A stretch of 63,475 nt of DNA, the filler included, from Octopus bimaculoides (lineage: Eukaryota), in assembly GCF_001194135.2 (NCBI RefSeq). It is 5 parts of 4 records of this genome, joined end to end, with 100 filler letters (N's around TTAATTAATTAA, not from the genome) between each part and the next. Parts side by side here need not be neighbours in the genome. Positions count along the whole stretch, not along the records: positions 36,015 to 58,204 come from NC_068991.1; 4 more parts are not named here. The stretch is one strand, 5' to 3'. Each line of letters starts with the position of its first letter. Position 1 is the stretch's first letter. Position numbers and translations under genes: made by a program. Positions 35,915-47,488 of this stretch are shown piece by piece. Under the pieces are notes generated by a model. The model was not told where the DNA came from, did not search any database, and worked only from the letters and a program-made list of their open reading frames with translations.

Positions 35915-36419
35915 NNNNNNNNNNNNNNNNNNNNNNNNNNNNNNNNNNNNNNNNNNNNTTAATTAATTAANNNNNNNNNNNNNNNNNNNNNNNNNNNNNN
36001 NNNNNNNNNNNNNNTATATATATATATATATATATGTACGTATACATGCGCACACACTTGATGTGTATGTTTGTAGGAACTGTATATTTTATCGTACAAT
36101 GGAGCATTGTTCCTACATCTGAAGAAACATGCATTTACATGGTTTGTTTATCTGTTCCAAATGAACTATTAGAGACGATGTTCAGTAGTAATAAATGCAA
36201 TACGACGATGACGACGACGACAATGATGATGATGATGACGATAAGGATTATGATGGTGGGGAAATTGGCGATTGACATGAGAGTAGAACATACTTAGAAA
36301 ACTACGTTATAAGGGAAAGCTAGGACCTTGAGTTTGGTAGTTAGGCGTTAAGTATCGTGGAAAGAGGCTTCCCCCGTGAGATCTTTGACAACAGGTAACT
36401 TGAAGTGTTTCGTGGAAAC

Positions 36420-36695
36420 AGTATGTAGAGGCTGGACCATCAAGGCAAATAAACCAGATATTGTTGTGAAAGACGAAATCAATAGAGTCTGCTTCTTGAC
36501 TGATATGAGCATACCCTGTGACCATAATATCTGAGGAAAAGAACTTGATAAGATCAGAAAATATAAAGATTTGCTCGTCGGAATTGGCAAGATGTGGCAT
36601 CACAAGACGGTTACAATACCAGTGATTGTAGGAGCACTTGGAATGATCAAAAAAGGAACTGAAAATTATTTAAGAATGATCCCTGGCTTACCACC
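36420..36695 (+). mobile_element. R4/Dong-like restriction-like endonuclease domain fragment
   Basis: TIKANKPDIVVKDEINRVCFLTDMSIPCDHNI*GKELDKIRKYKDL...KMWHHKTVTIPVIVGALGMI (PD...D..IP...K..KY...P...GALG). Confidence 0.85.
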
Positions 36696-37142
36696 TGTTG
36701 TGTCGACCCCGGCAGACGGTGAAGTAGGCTAACCCAATACGTAGATATAGAGGGAGAAGTCTAGACATCGTAGTAGTTGAGTAGAAGTCATCCGAACGTG
36801 CGATGTAACAGCGGCGGCGAGGATTTCATAGCTCATACAGCCACTGTGTAGTATTCCGACATAACACCATCTATGCAGGAAGGGCAAAAGATTGTCTTAA
36901 CTGGTGCCTCATACGCACTGAGAAGATCATTGTCGCTGTGAATTTTCCTTCCATTTCCCCCCTTTATTTTAATTGTTTACTTGTTTATTTTCTATTTTTT
37001 CTCTCTGTCTTTCTTCCCCTTTTTCTCTATCACGTGACTCTAAATGGACAATTCGGTGTGTTTGGTTTGATGGCCTACCAATGTATGCAATGTGTTTCTC
37101 TGCCCTACGTGTCATGAAGATAAAAAATGGAAACAGAATTGA

Positions 37143-37163
37143 AAGATGATGATGATGATGATG

Positions 37164-37210
<47 letters not shown>
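37143..37210. repeat. (GAT)n(AAT)n microsatellite
   Basis: Read directly. Confidence 0.95.
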
Positions 37211-37211
<1 letters not shown>

Positions 37212-37900
37212 TAACAAATACAGAATAGACAACACATCAGAAAGTGATAAGTGCAGAATATGTGAACAAAAGGGTGAAACCGTATGGCATATTACCAGTC
37301 AATGTACGCCACTAGCTTAAAAAGAATATGAGACGTCATGACGATATAGCAAGGATTGTCCATTGGACACTTTGCAACAAGTATGGACTTGACAGTGTAA
37401 AAAGTGGTACGAAAATAATAAACCCGAAGGCATCATCGAAAATGATAATGCAAAGATCCTATGGGATTTTATGATTCAGTGCGCCCATGAGATAGAAAAG
37501 AGAAAACCAGACATGGTGTTAATTGAAAGAGAAAGCAAACGATGCAGGATCAAGATATAGCATGCATAGCTGACAACAAGGTATGTGAGAAGAGATAAAG
37601 AAAAGTCGATAAAATTGACAGGTTAGCTTGGGAGGTTAAACAGTTGTGGTCGCTGAAAAAGGTGATAATCGTAACAATAATTGTTGTTGCTCTGGGAACA
37701 GTGAATAAAAATCTTGAGAAGTACATAGAATGAATAGGGGTTGCAATAAGGGTGGAGCAGTTGCAGAAAACAGCACTGCTTGGAACTGTTCGAATACTCT
37801 GGATGGTGCTCGATAAATAAAGGGTGTTACCTTATTAGTTCACTGGCAGTGAACAGCTGACATCATAGTACATCTCCAGCGTTGGAAGCTGTGCAAGGAC
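37211..37900 (+). mobile_element. R4/Dong-like non-LTR element, 5'-truncated 3' end
   Basis: KYRIDNTSESDKCRICEQKGETVWHITSQC (CCHC), RKPDMVLIE...LAWEVKQLW...IVVALG; same family as 50820-51611, including the 3' UTR cagtgaacagctgaca...tagtacatctccagcg. Confidence 0.88.
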
Positions 37901-37995
37901 AAGGCCTGAATGTTGGGGGAGGGTTTAAGTCGATTACATCAACACCAGGACTCAATTGGTACTTAATTTATCGACCCCGAAAGGATGAAAGGTAA
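37901..37995 (-). mobile_element. SINE family A 3' fragment
   Basis: aagtcgattacatc...tggtacttaatttatcgaccccgaaaggatgaaagg. Confidence 0.8.
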
Positions 37996-38298
37996 TGTCC
38001 TAGCAGTTGTTCGACACAGTGCATTTGCTTCATTACCTGTGCATTCTGAAAAGGTGCAGATATCTCATTTCCCTTCCAACAGAGCTTGTTCCCAACAGGT
38101 AAAGGCCTTTCACTTGTAGAATGATAACGATTCTGTCCGCTCGCCCCTTAACCAAACATCAAAGTTCATTTCCTAAGAGTATCCACTTAACTTTAAAACA
38201 GTCGTGAATGTCTCATCATTCCATTTTCTGCCCTTGGAATAGATCTTCTTCAATAACATGACTCTCTGTTTTTATCTTTTTCTATATTATGCGATGTA

Positions 38299-38696
38299 TA
38301 GGTGTATGCGATGTATAGCTGTGTGGTAAGTTGCTTGCTTACGAACCACATGGTTCCGGGTTCAGTCCCACTGCGTGGAACCTTGGGCAAGTGTCTTCTA
38401 CTATATCCTCGGGCCGACCAAAGCCTTGTGAGTGGATTTGGTAGACGGAAACTGAGAGAAGCCCGTCGTATATATGTATATATATATATGTGTGTGTGTG
38501 TATGTTTGTGTGTCTGTGTGCCCCCCCCCCAGCATCGCTTGTATGTTTACGTCCCCGTAACATAGCGGTTCGGCAAAAGAGATCGATAGAATAAATACTA
38601 GGCTTACAAAGAATAAGTCATGGGGTCAATTTGGTCGATTGAAGGCGGTGCTCCAGCATGGCCGCAGTCAAATGACTGAAACAAGTGAAAGAGTAC
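38299..38696 (+). mobile_element. SINE family B, near full length
   Basis: tRNA-like head gctgtgtggtaag...ggttccgggttcagtcccactgcg, internal (TA/TG)n and tail ggtgctccagcatggccgcagtcaaatgactgaaacaag. Confidence 0.9.
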
Positions 38697-38905
38697 TAAA
38701 TTTAGTTGAGGTAAAATTATAACGATTTGAAAAACTGCTGCATTATATTCGTACAGTAAATACCAGGAAAATTATTAACACTCAGTATTAACTAGTAATC
38801 TAATCCTACAAATTCATTCAGTATTAAGTTACCCCTAGGCGAATGGTCAGATCGAAGTAAACACAAGGAATAAATTTTGAATAAATTCTGAACCGCAAAA
38901 TCGAA

Positions 38906-39277
38906 ATGTCAGCAATGTATCTCTGCCACATTCGGAAGCTTCTGTTTATTTTCAGCATTTATTTTATTGTTGGTCAAGCTTGGTGTGTTGAAACCAATGA
39001 CCAGGAGAATATCAATGCGAAAGACATTCTATTAAATATGGCATTGTTATTTATTGCTATAACAGAATATAAAGGAGCAATTGCCGTTCGAAGATTTAGA
39101 GACGTGACAGTTATAATAGAGACAGTGGCGAAGGGCGAGGAAAATATAAAGCGTTCTCACATAAACAGGCCAGGAAGGTCAATGGTTTACATTGTAGGTG
39201 ATATTAGTAACACACTAGAGTCAGCAATATGTCGCAAAGCTATCAGCTACCAAGCTACTAGCAATAATACAAATTAG
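38906..39277 (+). CDS. Unassigned 123-aa ORF in unique sequence with a hydrophobic N-terminus
   Basis: Starts at a real ATG. KLLFIFSIYFIVGQAWC resembles a signal peptide. No recognisable family; may be a chance ORF. Confidence 0.15.
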   Translation: MSAMYLCHIRKLLFIFSIYFIVGQAWCVETNDQENINAKDILLNMALLFIAITEYKGAIAVRRFRDVTVIIETVAKGEENIKRSHINRPGRSMVYIVGDISNTLESAICRKAISYQATSNNTN

Positions 39278-40454
39278 TGAAATGAACCGAATTAACTCGG
39301 TGATGCACTCAGCTGAATAGTATCATCGATAGATTAATGTTTATTTTTGACTGCTGACCTACGTCCGATTGATGAAATGGCCGTTACTGGCTACCAATAC
39401 GAATGAATAGTACTATATGCAATTACTTTTTTATGTGTGTCCGGACGGATTGTTGACTATGATTTGCATCCAGTTGGTAAATAATTGGATTAGAGGATTA
39501 ATTCAGTGTTCCCGACAGAGACGGACATTAGGCGCTAGGGATTTTCTAAAGTCGCTTTCATAGCGTCCACTGTCTGAAAGAAAAATAGCCTGTTCAACAA
39601 AGCGAATAATGTCAAATGACTGTGTGTGTTTAGTGCCAACGCTATCACCATATTCTTTACTACTAATTGAATCAAGGGTCCAAAAGGGTAAAAGTCTCCA
39701 TAAATCATTATTCTATGGTGTTCGACTTTATTATAACGTTCTTATTTAGTCCTCAGATTCGTTAATGAACTTCTATATGAGTAATTTAGTAGCTTCGCTC
39801 GAATTCACTTAACTTCTCTTACAATTCGCTCGCTGATATTTCAGCGAATCCGAAATTTGACAGTGAAATAATGAAAGGTAGTTTATTAATGATATGAATA
39901 TGTATTTTAATGCATTAATTGCATGTTTTGTGTATTTTAATTACTACTTAGAGCATAATTTTTAAACAANNNNNNNNNNNNNNNNNNNNNNNNNNNNNNN
40001 NNNNNNNNNNNNNNNNNNNNNNNNNNNNNNNNNNNNNNNNNNNNNNNNNNNNNNNNNNNNNNNNNNNNNNNNNNNNNNNNNNNNNNNNNNNNNNNNNNNN
40101 NNNNNNNNNNNNNNNNNNNNNNNNNNNNNNNNNNNNNNNNNNNNNNNNNNNNNNNNNNNNNNNNNNNNNNNNNNNNNNNNNNNNNNATATGCATGTATGT
40201 ATATTTTAATTACTACATACAGCTTATTGTATGATAATAAATTAGAGATAAGAATGCAGTGGGTTGGCAGAATCGGTAAGCAGTTGGAAAATAATATGTT
40301 GTTAAATTGAAGTTCAAATTTATTCGACAAACACTTTTATAATTTCGTATTCCATTGAAATAAATATACAGTAAAATATTGACCCTATCTACCATAACAC
40401 TGCTCCGCCCTCAAATTCCTGAGCATGTTAGAAACCATCAACTATAACAAACGG

Positions 40455-40615
40455 AGCGGTGGACTGAAAGAATCTGTATATTCTGAGTTCAAATCTCACG
40501 GAAGTCAAATTTGTTTTTCATACCTCTAGGATCGATAAAATAAAGTACAATTTAGTCTTGTGATCGATGTAAATCCTGATCCCTCAAAATCGCTATACAT
40601 GTTCCTCTTTTAGAA
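40455..40615 (+). mobile_element. Old SINE family A copy
   Basis: attctgagttcaaatctcacggaagtcaaatttgtttttcat...gatcgataaaataaagtac. Confidence 0.65.
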
Positions 40616-40635
40616 ACAATAATTAATTGTGGTAA

Positions 40636-41962
40636 TTCTTTCTGTTATAAACACAAGATTTGATATTTGGAGGAGGAGGAGGGTGTGCTTCAACTGGTAC
40701 TTATTTCATCAGCCCGAAAGGATTAAATGAAGAGTCAACCTTTTGAAGAATTCGAACTTAGAACGAAAAGCCGCAAGAAATATTGTTAAGCATTTTTCTG
40801 GCTTGCTAGCAATTCGTCCAGCATTCCGCCTTCCAATTAATAATAATGGATTCAAGTTTTTGACACAAGGCCAGTAATTTTAGGAAAGCGTGTAAGTCGA
40901 TTACATTGCCCTCAGTAATCAAGTGGTACCTATTTTATCGTTCTCAAAAGGATAAAAGGCTAAGTCAACTTTAGCAGAATTTCCACTTAGAACGTCAAGC
41001 CGGAAGAAATGTTGCTAAGCATTTTATCCGGCGTGCCAACGATTCTTAATAAATCTTTCTGCTATAGGCACTTTTGTGGGGAGGAGGCTAGTCGATTACA
41101 TCGGCCCAAGCCTTAACTGGTACTTATTTTCTCAACCTCGAAAGGATGAAAAGCAAAGTTGACTTTGGCAGAATTCGAACTTGGAACATAAAGACGGAAT
41201 GAAATGCTTATTTCTTTACTGCCCGCAAGGGGGCTAAACATAGAGAGGACAAACAGGGACAGACAAACGGATTAAGTCAATTACATCGATCCCAGTGCGT
41301 AACTGGTACTTATTTAATCGACCCCGAAAGGATGAAAGGCAAAGTCGACCTCGGCGGAATTTGAACTCAGAACGTAGCGGCAGACGAAATATCGCTAAGC
41401 ATTTCGCCCGGCGTGCTAACGTTTCTGCCAGCTCGCCGGAATGAAATGCTTCTAAGCGTTTTGTCCGGCGTGCTAACGACTCTGCCAGTTCACCACCTTC
41501 ACTTTATAATTGATAATCTTTTCTATTATAGGCAGAAAGCCTGAAATTTGGGGGTGTTGGGTAGTCGATTACATGGACCCGAGTACTCAACCGGAACCTA
41601 TTTTATCGACCCGAAAAACATGGAAGGCAAAATCGACCCCGGCGAAATTTGAACTCAGAACGTGAAGACGGACGAAATACAGCTAAGAATTTCTCCCGGC
41701 GTAGTAACCATTTTGCCAGCTCACCGCTTTTACTTTATAATTAATAATCCAATCTGCTATAGGCACAAGGCCTGAAATTTTGAGGGAGGAGATGAGTCGA
41801 TTACTTCGACCCCAGTGTTCCACTGTTACTAAATTTATCGACTCCGAAAGGATGAACGGCAAAGTCGACCTAGGTGGAATTTGAACTCAGGTCATAGCAG
41901 GAGACGAAATAGCGCTAAGCATTTCTCCAGGGGTACTAACAATTCTACCAGCTCGCCGCTTT
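40636..41962 (-). mobile_element. Head-to-tail array of five SINE A units plus one nested A2 copy
   Basis: Units at about 40636-40835, 40850-41047, 41052-41500, 41515-41730 and 41748-41962, each with tggtac..attt..atcg, gaaagga..aaa and gaact(c/t)agaac blocks. Confidence 0.85.
41210..41436 (-). mobile_element. Young SINE A2 with a 15-bp target-site duplication
   Basis: cggaatgaaatgctt at both 41195-41209 and 41437-41451. Confidence 0.92.
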
Positions 41963-42185
41963 TGCCTTATAATTAATAATTATAATTGGAATTGTAGGGG
42001 TCATTAAGCTGAATAATCTACAAAAGTCCATAATTATCCATACGCCTACACTTTCTGAGTTCAAATGCAACAGATTTCCACTCACCACCGCGCAACGAAA
42101 CGGATTCACGTCTGCGTGTTTGCTCGATATTCTAAAAACAGCAAACAAATTTGTTTCAAATAACATCCGAACATTTAAGAAAGTA

Positions 42186-42746
42186 CAGTAATACCTAACT
42201 TCACGAGACTCCGGATTTACGAGTTTTACTTTATAATAAATATAAAGATCCAAATTTTGAACGAAGTGCAAAAGTTTCTACAACCATAACAAATGCTTCT
42301 GCGTTTTACCGAGAAATTTATAGAGAGTGATAAAAAAGCTTCTTCTAAGCAAACAACTCTAGACATATATTTTAAAAAGAAGTCTACAAGTCCGTCTACG
42401 AGTGCGTGTTAATCGGCGATCACGTCTGCGGGTCATGGTGTGCGTCACTGTAATGTGAGTGAAAGTGATCCAGAAAACGATTATAATAATAATGAATTAT
42501 TATAATAATTGATTTTGACATTCATTTTACTTTACATAAAATATTTTTTGCATTCCACTATTGTTTTATTGCCATTTATTTACGAGTATTGTCAATTTCA
42601 TGGGTAAAAATGATAAAAACTATTTTTCTGGGAAGAAATTACGATTTATAACATTGCTACTATGGGAAATTATTACTCTCTTAACGAGTTTTCGCTTTAC
42701 GAGCGACATCCGGGAAAAAATTAACTCGCCCATCGAAACATTACTG
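42186..42746. mobile_element. Tigger/pogo-like non-autonomous element
   Basis: TA-flanked ends cagtaatacctaacttcacgag and ctcgcccatcgaaacattactg, with subterminal (t)tacgag repeats at both ends. Confidence 0.6.
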
Positions 42747-43167
42747 TATACATTTGATAATGCAATCCGGAGATCCCTGCTAGTAGGGGAAATACAGGAT
42801 GGTCATGGATGAATTCTACTTGTACATGTGTCTGCTTGATCAGGTTTGACCTGGGGTTATAAATTAACAACTGCACGTTAAACCTACCTCACAGCTTCAA
42901 TATTGACACGTGTTCAGCTTTAAAAAAATCATCCATACTTAGAGAAGTAAATATTGGATAAGGTTATTGAGTTCATAGCTCATAGTAACGAGCAAAATGA
43001 AGGATCACCGTAGGTATGTCTTGGAGCATGAAACTGCTACTATTGCTGCTGCTGCTGCTACTACTACTACAAATACAAACACTGCTTCATGTGGAGGCCT
43101 GCAATTCAGTCTTCAGTTAGGCAAAGGCTTGTTATCACCATGGATTGCCCAAAATCATTAACACAGA

Positions 43168-43838
43168 ATAGCTGTTGGATCTATTTTAAAACGGGGGCCA
43201 CATCTTTCATTAATGTTTTACGTAGTGTTTTTGGTACGGAAAGACTTTCAAACTTCGTATACTTATCTATTTTGTGTTATAGAACAGAAAAATATTTTTG
43301 TATTCGAATTTATTTCATGTAAAAAATTGTCTTATTTCGATAATTTCAACCAATCACTGACAAGTATTCAGTTGTTTACATTTAATCCTTNNNNNNNNNN
43401 NNNNNNNNNNNNNNNNNNNNNNNNNNNNNNNNNNNNNNNNNNNNNNNNNNNNNNNNNNNNNNNNNNNNNNNNNNNNNNNNNNNNNNNNNNNNNNNNNNNN
43501 NNNNNNNNNNNNNNNNNNNNNNNNNNNNNNNNNNNNNNNNNNNNNNNNNNNNNNNNNNNNNNNNNNNNNNNNNNNNNNNNNNNNNNNNNNNNNNNNNNNN
43601 NNNNNNNNNNNNNNNNNNNNNNNNNNNNNNNNNNNNNNNNNNNNNNNNNNNNNNNNNNNNNNNNNNNNNNNNNNNNNNNNNNNNNNNNNNNNNNNNNNNN
43701 NNNNNNNNNNNNNNNNNNNNNNNNNNNNNNNNNGAGAAAAAGATGTTTTATATGACACATTCTACCAGTGTTCCAAGTTTCAAAGTGTTTCGTTAATAAA
43801 AAATGTGGCCCCCGTTTTAAAAAAGATCCTAGCTGTTT
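43168..43838. mobile_element. Element with inverted ends of about 45 bp, spanning a gap
   Basis: ggatctattttaaaacgggggccacatctttcattaatg versus the reverse complement of cgttaataaaaaatgtggcccccgttttaaaaaagatcc. Confidence 0.65.
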
Positions 43839-44345
43839 GCCATCAACAGACATCTCGCAATCCAAAAGGAACAAGTCTACTGTTACGTTTCTTTCCTAAA
43901 ATTTCTGACGTTGTCTTTGAGTTATGAACCGTTGTCAGTTACAAATGGTGGAGGCGATGACGGTGGTGGTTGTGTTGGAACAATAAAGTCAGTAGAGTAC
44001 CAGTCCCTCTACGTTCTACTTTATCTGGTCACAAATACATGATGTTTCTTCTTTTTAACTATTTTACGAACAACTGTTTCAGTTTTGTCATTAGAGGTGC
44101 AGTGAATCAGGGACAGACCCGGAGGATATATGTAAGCAATTACTCGATTTTTCGCTAATTGCCATATAAAATGCAAACAAAATAAATCAATAAATATTTT
44201 ATCACCAATTCTTATTCGTTAGACGTCATATATATATTATAAACATGTATTACTGTCTCGTGAAAATATGGGCATTTTCATTAAAGGATATCAAATAACA
44301 GTTTTAGTTTAAAAAAAAACAAACAAAAAACTAAGGTGAAATACT

Positions 44346-44717
44346 TTTTTACTCTTTTCAGTCATTTGACTGCGGCCATGCTGGAGCACCGCCTTTAGTC
44401 TAGCAATTCGACCCCAGGACTTATTCTTTGTAAGCCTAGTACTCATTCTATCGGTCTCTTTTGCCGAACCGCTAAGTTACAGGGACGTAAACACACCAGT
44501 ATCGGTCGTCAAGCGATGTTTGGGGGACAAACACACACACTTATAAATACATACGCCGGGCTTCTTTCAGTTTCCGTCTACCAAATCCACTCACAAGGCT
44601 TTGGTCGGCTCAAGGCTATAGTAGGAGACACTTGCCCAAGGTGCTATGCAGTGGGACTGAACCCCGGAACCATGTGGTTGGTGAGCAAGCTACTTACCAC
44701 ACAGCCACTCCTGCGCC
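44346..44717 (-). mobile_element. SINE family B, full length
   Basis: Head ggcgcaggagtggctgtgtggtaagtagc...ggttccggggttcagtcccac; reverse complement aligns with 38299-38696. Confidence 0.92.
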
Positions 44718-44737
44718 TATGAGTAACAAAATATTAT

Positions 44738-44779
44738 AGCAACTTGTAGGTTAATCGACAAGTTAACCTACAAGTTGCT
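44738..44779. other. Perfect 17-bp inverted repeat with an 8-nt loop
   Basis: agcaacttgtaggttaa-tcgacaag-ttaacctacaagttgct. Confidence 0.9.
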
Positions 44780-45192
44780 CCTTTTATCTCTGAAGAGACT
44801 TTTATCAAAAGAACCTTATTAGTGGTGCTACATATGAGACATTATTGGTAAAGAGGTTGTCATCTTTGGAGTCCAATCACCACATGCAGTCCAGTGATAT
44901 GTATTTAAGACTAACGACACTGACCTTATCTTTCTTTCTGTAAGACTTCAGGTGTGTTTTAAACGAGATACGACTGCTATACTTAGCAGCTTATGGGTCT
45001 AAGTAGGCGATCTATTTATTTGTAACGTGCTGATAACCAAGTAGGCATTATAGTGGATGAAAGAAAAAAAAAACGTGAAATGTCTTTTCATATTCTGTCA
45101 GAGCTGAGGATACTTTGTAGAAATTAAGAACAGCCCAAGGTATTCCATTATTCGAAAAATCATCATTGTGTCATTAATATCAAGAGATTTAG

Positions 45193-45410
45193 TAAGGTGG
45201 CAAGCAGGCAGAAACGTTAGCACGCTGGGCGAAATGCTTAGCGGTATTTCATCTGTCTGTACGTCCTGAGTTCAAATTCCACCGAAGTCGACTTTGCCTT
45301 TCATCCTTTCGAGATCGATAAGTTACACACGAGTTGCGTACTGGGGTGATCTAATCGACTGGCCACATCCCCCAAAATTTCAAGCCTTGGGCCTAGAGTA
45401 GAAAAGAATA
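45193..45410 (+). mobile_element. SINE A1, full length
   Basis: ggcagaaacgttagcacgctgggcgaaatgcttagcgg...gagttcaaattcc...gcctagagtagaaaagaat. Confidence 0.9.
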
Positions 45411-45767
45411 TCAAATGATTTAGTGTGATATACATATATTCCTGTAGTTACACCAACGTGATCGACGAGTTATCAAACAATCATCGATCACGTGAAATTT
45501 TGTAGTGGGAGTGTAAAGTTGAACTAAACGAAAAATTTCCCTCTTCATTTAATATAATAACTATTGTTAATATATGAATATTATTTGAAATACGTTGAAG
45601 ACTTTCACCAATGGATTACTGCTGAAAAACTGCTTATTACTTTACACATCCGTCATAACATTACATGCTTATGTTATTCATTTAGCAAACTAAAAGAACA
45701 ATTGCAGTACATAAGTTACTGATTTAAACCACCCACCTCTTTTCATTATAAACGTTCACAAAATAAT

Positions 45768-46430
45768 CTTTCCTACTCTAGGCACAAGGCCCGAAACTTT
45801 GCGGGAGGGGGCCAGTCGATTAGATCGACTCCAGGACGCAAGTGGTACCTAATTTATCGACCGCGAAAGGACGCCAGGCAAAGTCGACCTCGGTGGAATT
45901 TGAACTCAGAACGTAAAAACAGTCGAGATACCGCGAAGCATTTCGCCCAGTGTGCTAACGTTTCTGCCAGCTCACGTCTTTTGTGTAATTCATATTCTTT
46001 TCTACTCTAGACACAAGGCCCAAAATTATTGGGGGAGGGAGCCAGTCGATTAGATCGACCCCAGCATGCGACTGGTACTTAATTTATCTATCCCAAAAGG
46101 GTGAAAGGCAAAGTCGAACACGGTCGAATTTGAACTCAGAACGTAGAGACGAAATACCGCTAAGCATTTCGCCACTCATGCTAATGTTTCTGCCAGCTCG
46201 GCACCTTAAACGTATTCGTTTCTACTCTAGGCAGAAGGCCTGAAATATTGGGGGATGGAGCCAGTCGATTAGATCGACCCCAATACGGAACTGGTACTTA
46301 ATTTATCGGCCCCGAAAAGATAAAATGCAAAGTCGACCTCAGTGGAATTCGAACTCAGAACGTTGACAGACGAAATACCGCTAAGTATTTCGCCCGGCGT
46401 GCTAACGCTTCTGCCAGCTCGCCGCCTTGA
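45768..46430 (-). mobile_element. Three head-to-tail SINE A1 copies
   Basis: Units at about 45768-45975, 45993-46205 and 46213-46430, each starting tt(c)tactctag(g/a)ca on the + strand. Confidence 0.9.
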
Positions 46431-47430
46431 TGTTCACAAAATAATGCCAGTATACTGTTATCTAGTATCCTATCTGATGTTTTCCTTTATCAAAACAACC
46501 CCTTGCTATAATTAAGTGATGAAATTCAGTAACCTTTCACATAAGAAAAGGTCCATAAATTCTCACAGAAAAATAGTAAGCTTAGAATTATTTTATTCGA
46601 CACCCCATTCAATTTTAATATGAGTATTGTATAATAAAACATTTATGTTAATAATTATAGGAATTTTAATAGGAATAATGCTAAATTAAGAATTACTTGA
46701 GCATAATTTTCCCCAGAAATAGCAAATATTCAGAGAAAAAGTCTTAACCGACTCTCTACATCCCGTTCTTTTTCTGAGTGCAATTGTATTACCCCTATAA
46801 ATTGCCCATTTACTACTCGAGATCGATATGGTTAATTGAGGGAAACTATTTGTAGCCAACTAATAATACAGTTTCAAGTAATTATATGAGATTGATAGAG
46901 AATCCTTTAAAATTTACATACGATTAAAATCAAAATATGTTCGTAAAATTTGACATAATTTTAGAAGCTGCAAAATAATTTCAACTGAAACCTTCTAATC
47001 AGGGAAACGAAAGAACTCATATTGCAGAGTAAGCGATAAATATATTTCCACACAAATTACATTTTAAACCCTGGTTCAAGAACAATTTCATATTATCACG
47101 TGATATCTTAGTTTTTATAACAAATTTTGAAATGTGCAATCGTTGGAACCTCAAACCTATTACTGTATACTGCACAGATTAAAATACAGAAATTGGCACG
47201 GATATCTTACGTTAATATGCAATTCATATTCAAAATATGTGTCGTCATTAATCGAAATATATGTATTGGGATAATAATGGTGATAATGATAATAATAGTG
47301 GTTTATCATAAGTTCTTGTCTAACAATTTCATATTGCTTATATCTCTTTCATTTATTGCTTAGAACTGGTTTTACGTGCAATTGAGAGACGTATTTCGTG
47401 AAGAATCAACTTAAAACAGAAAATATATAC

Positions 47431-47488
<58 letters not shown>

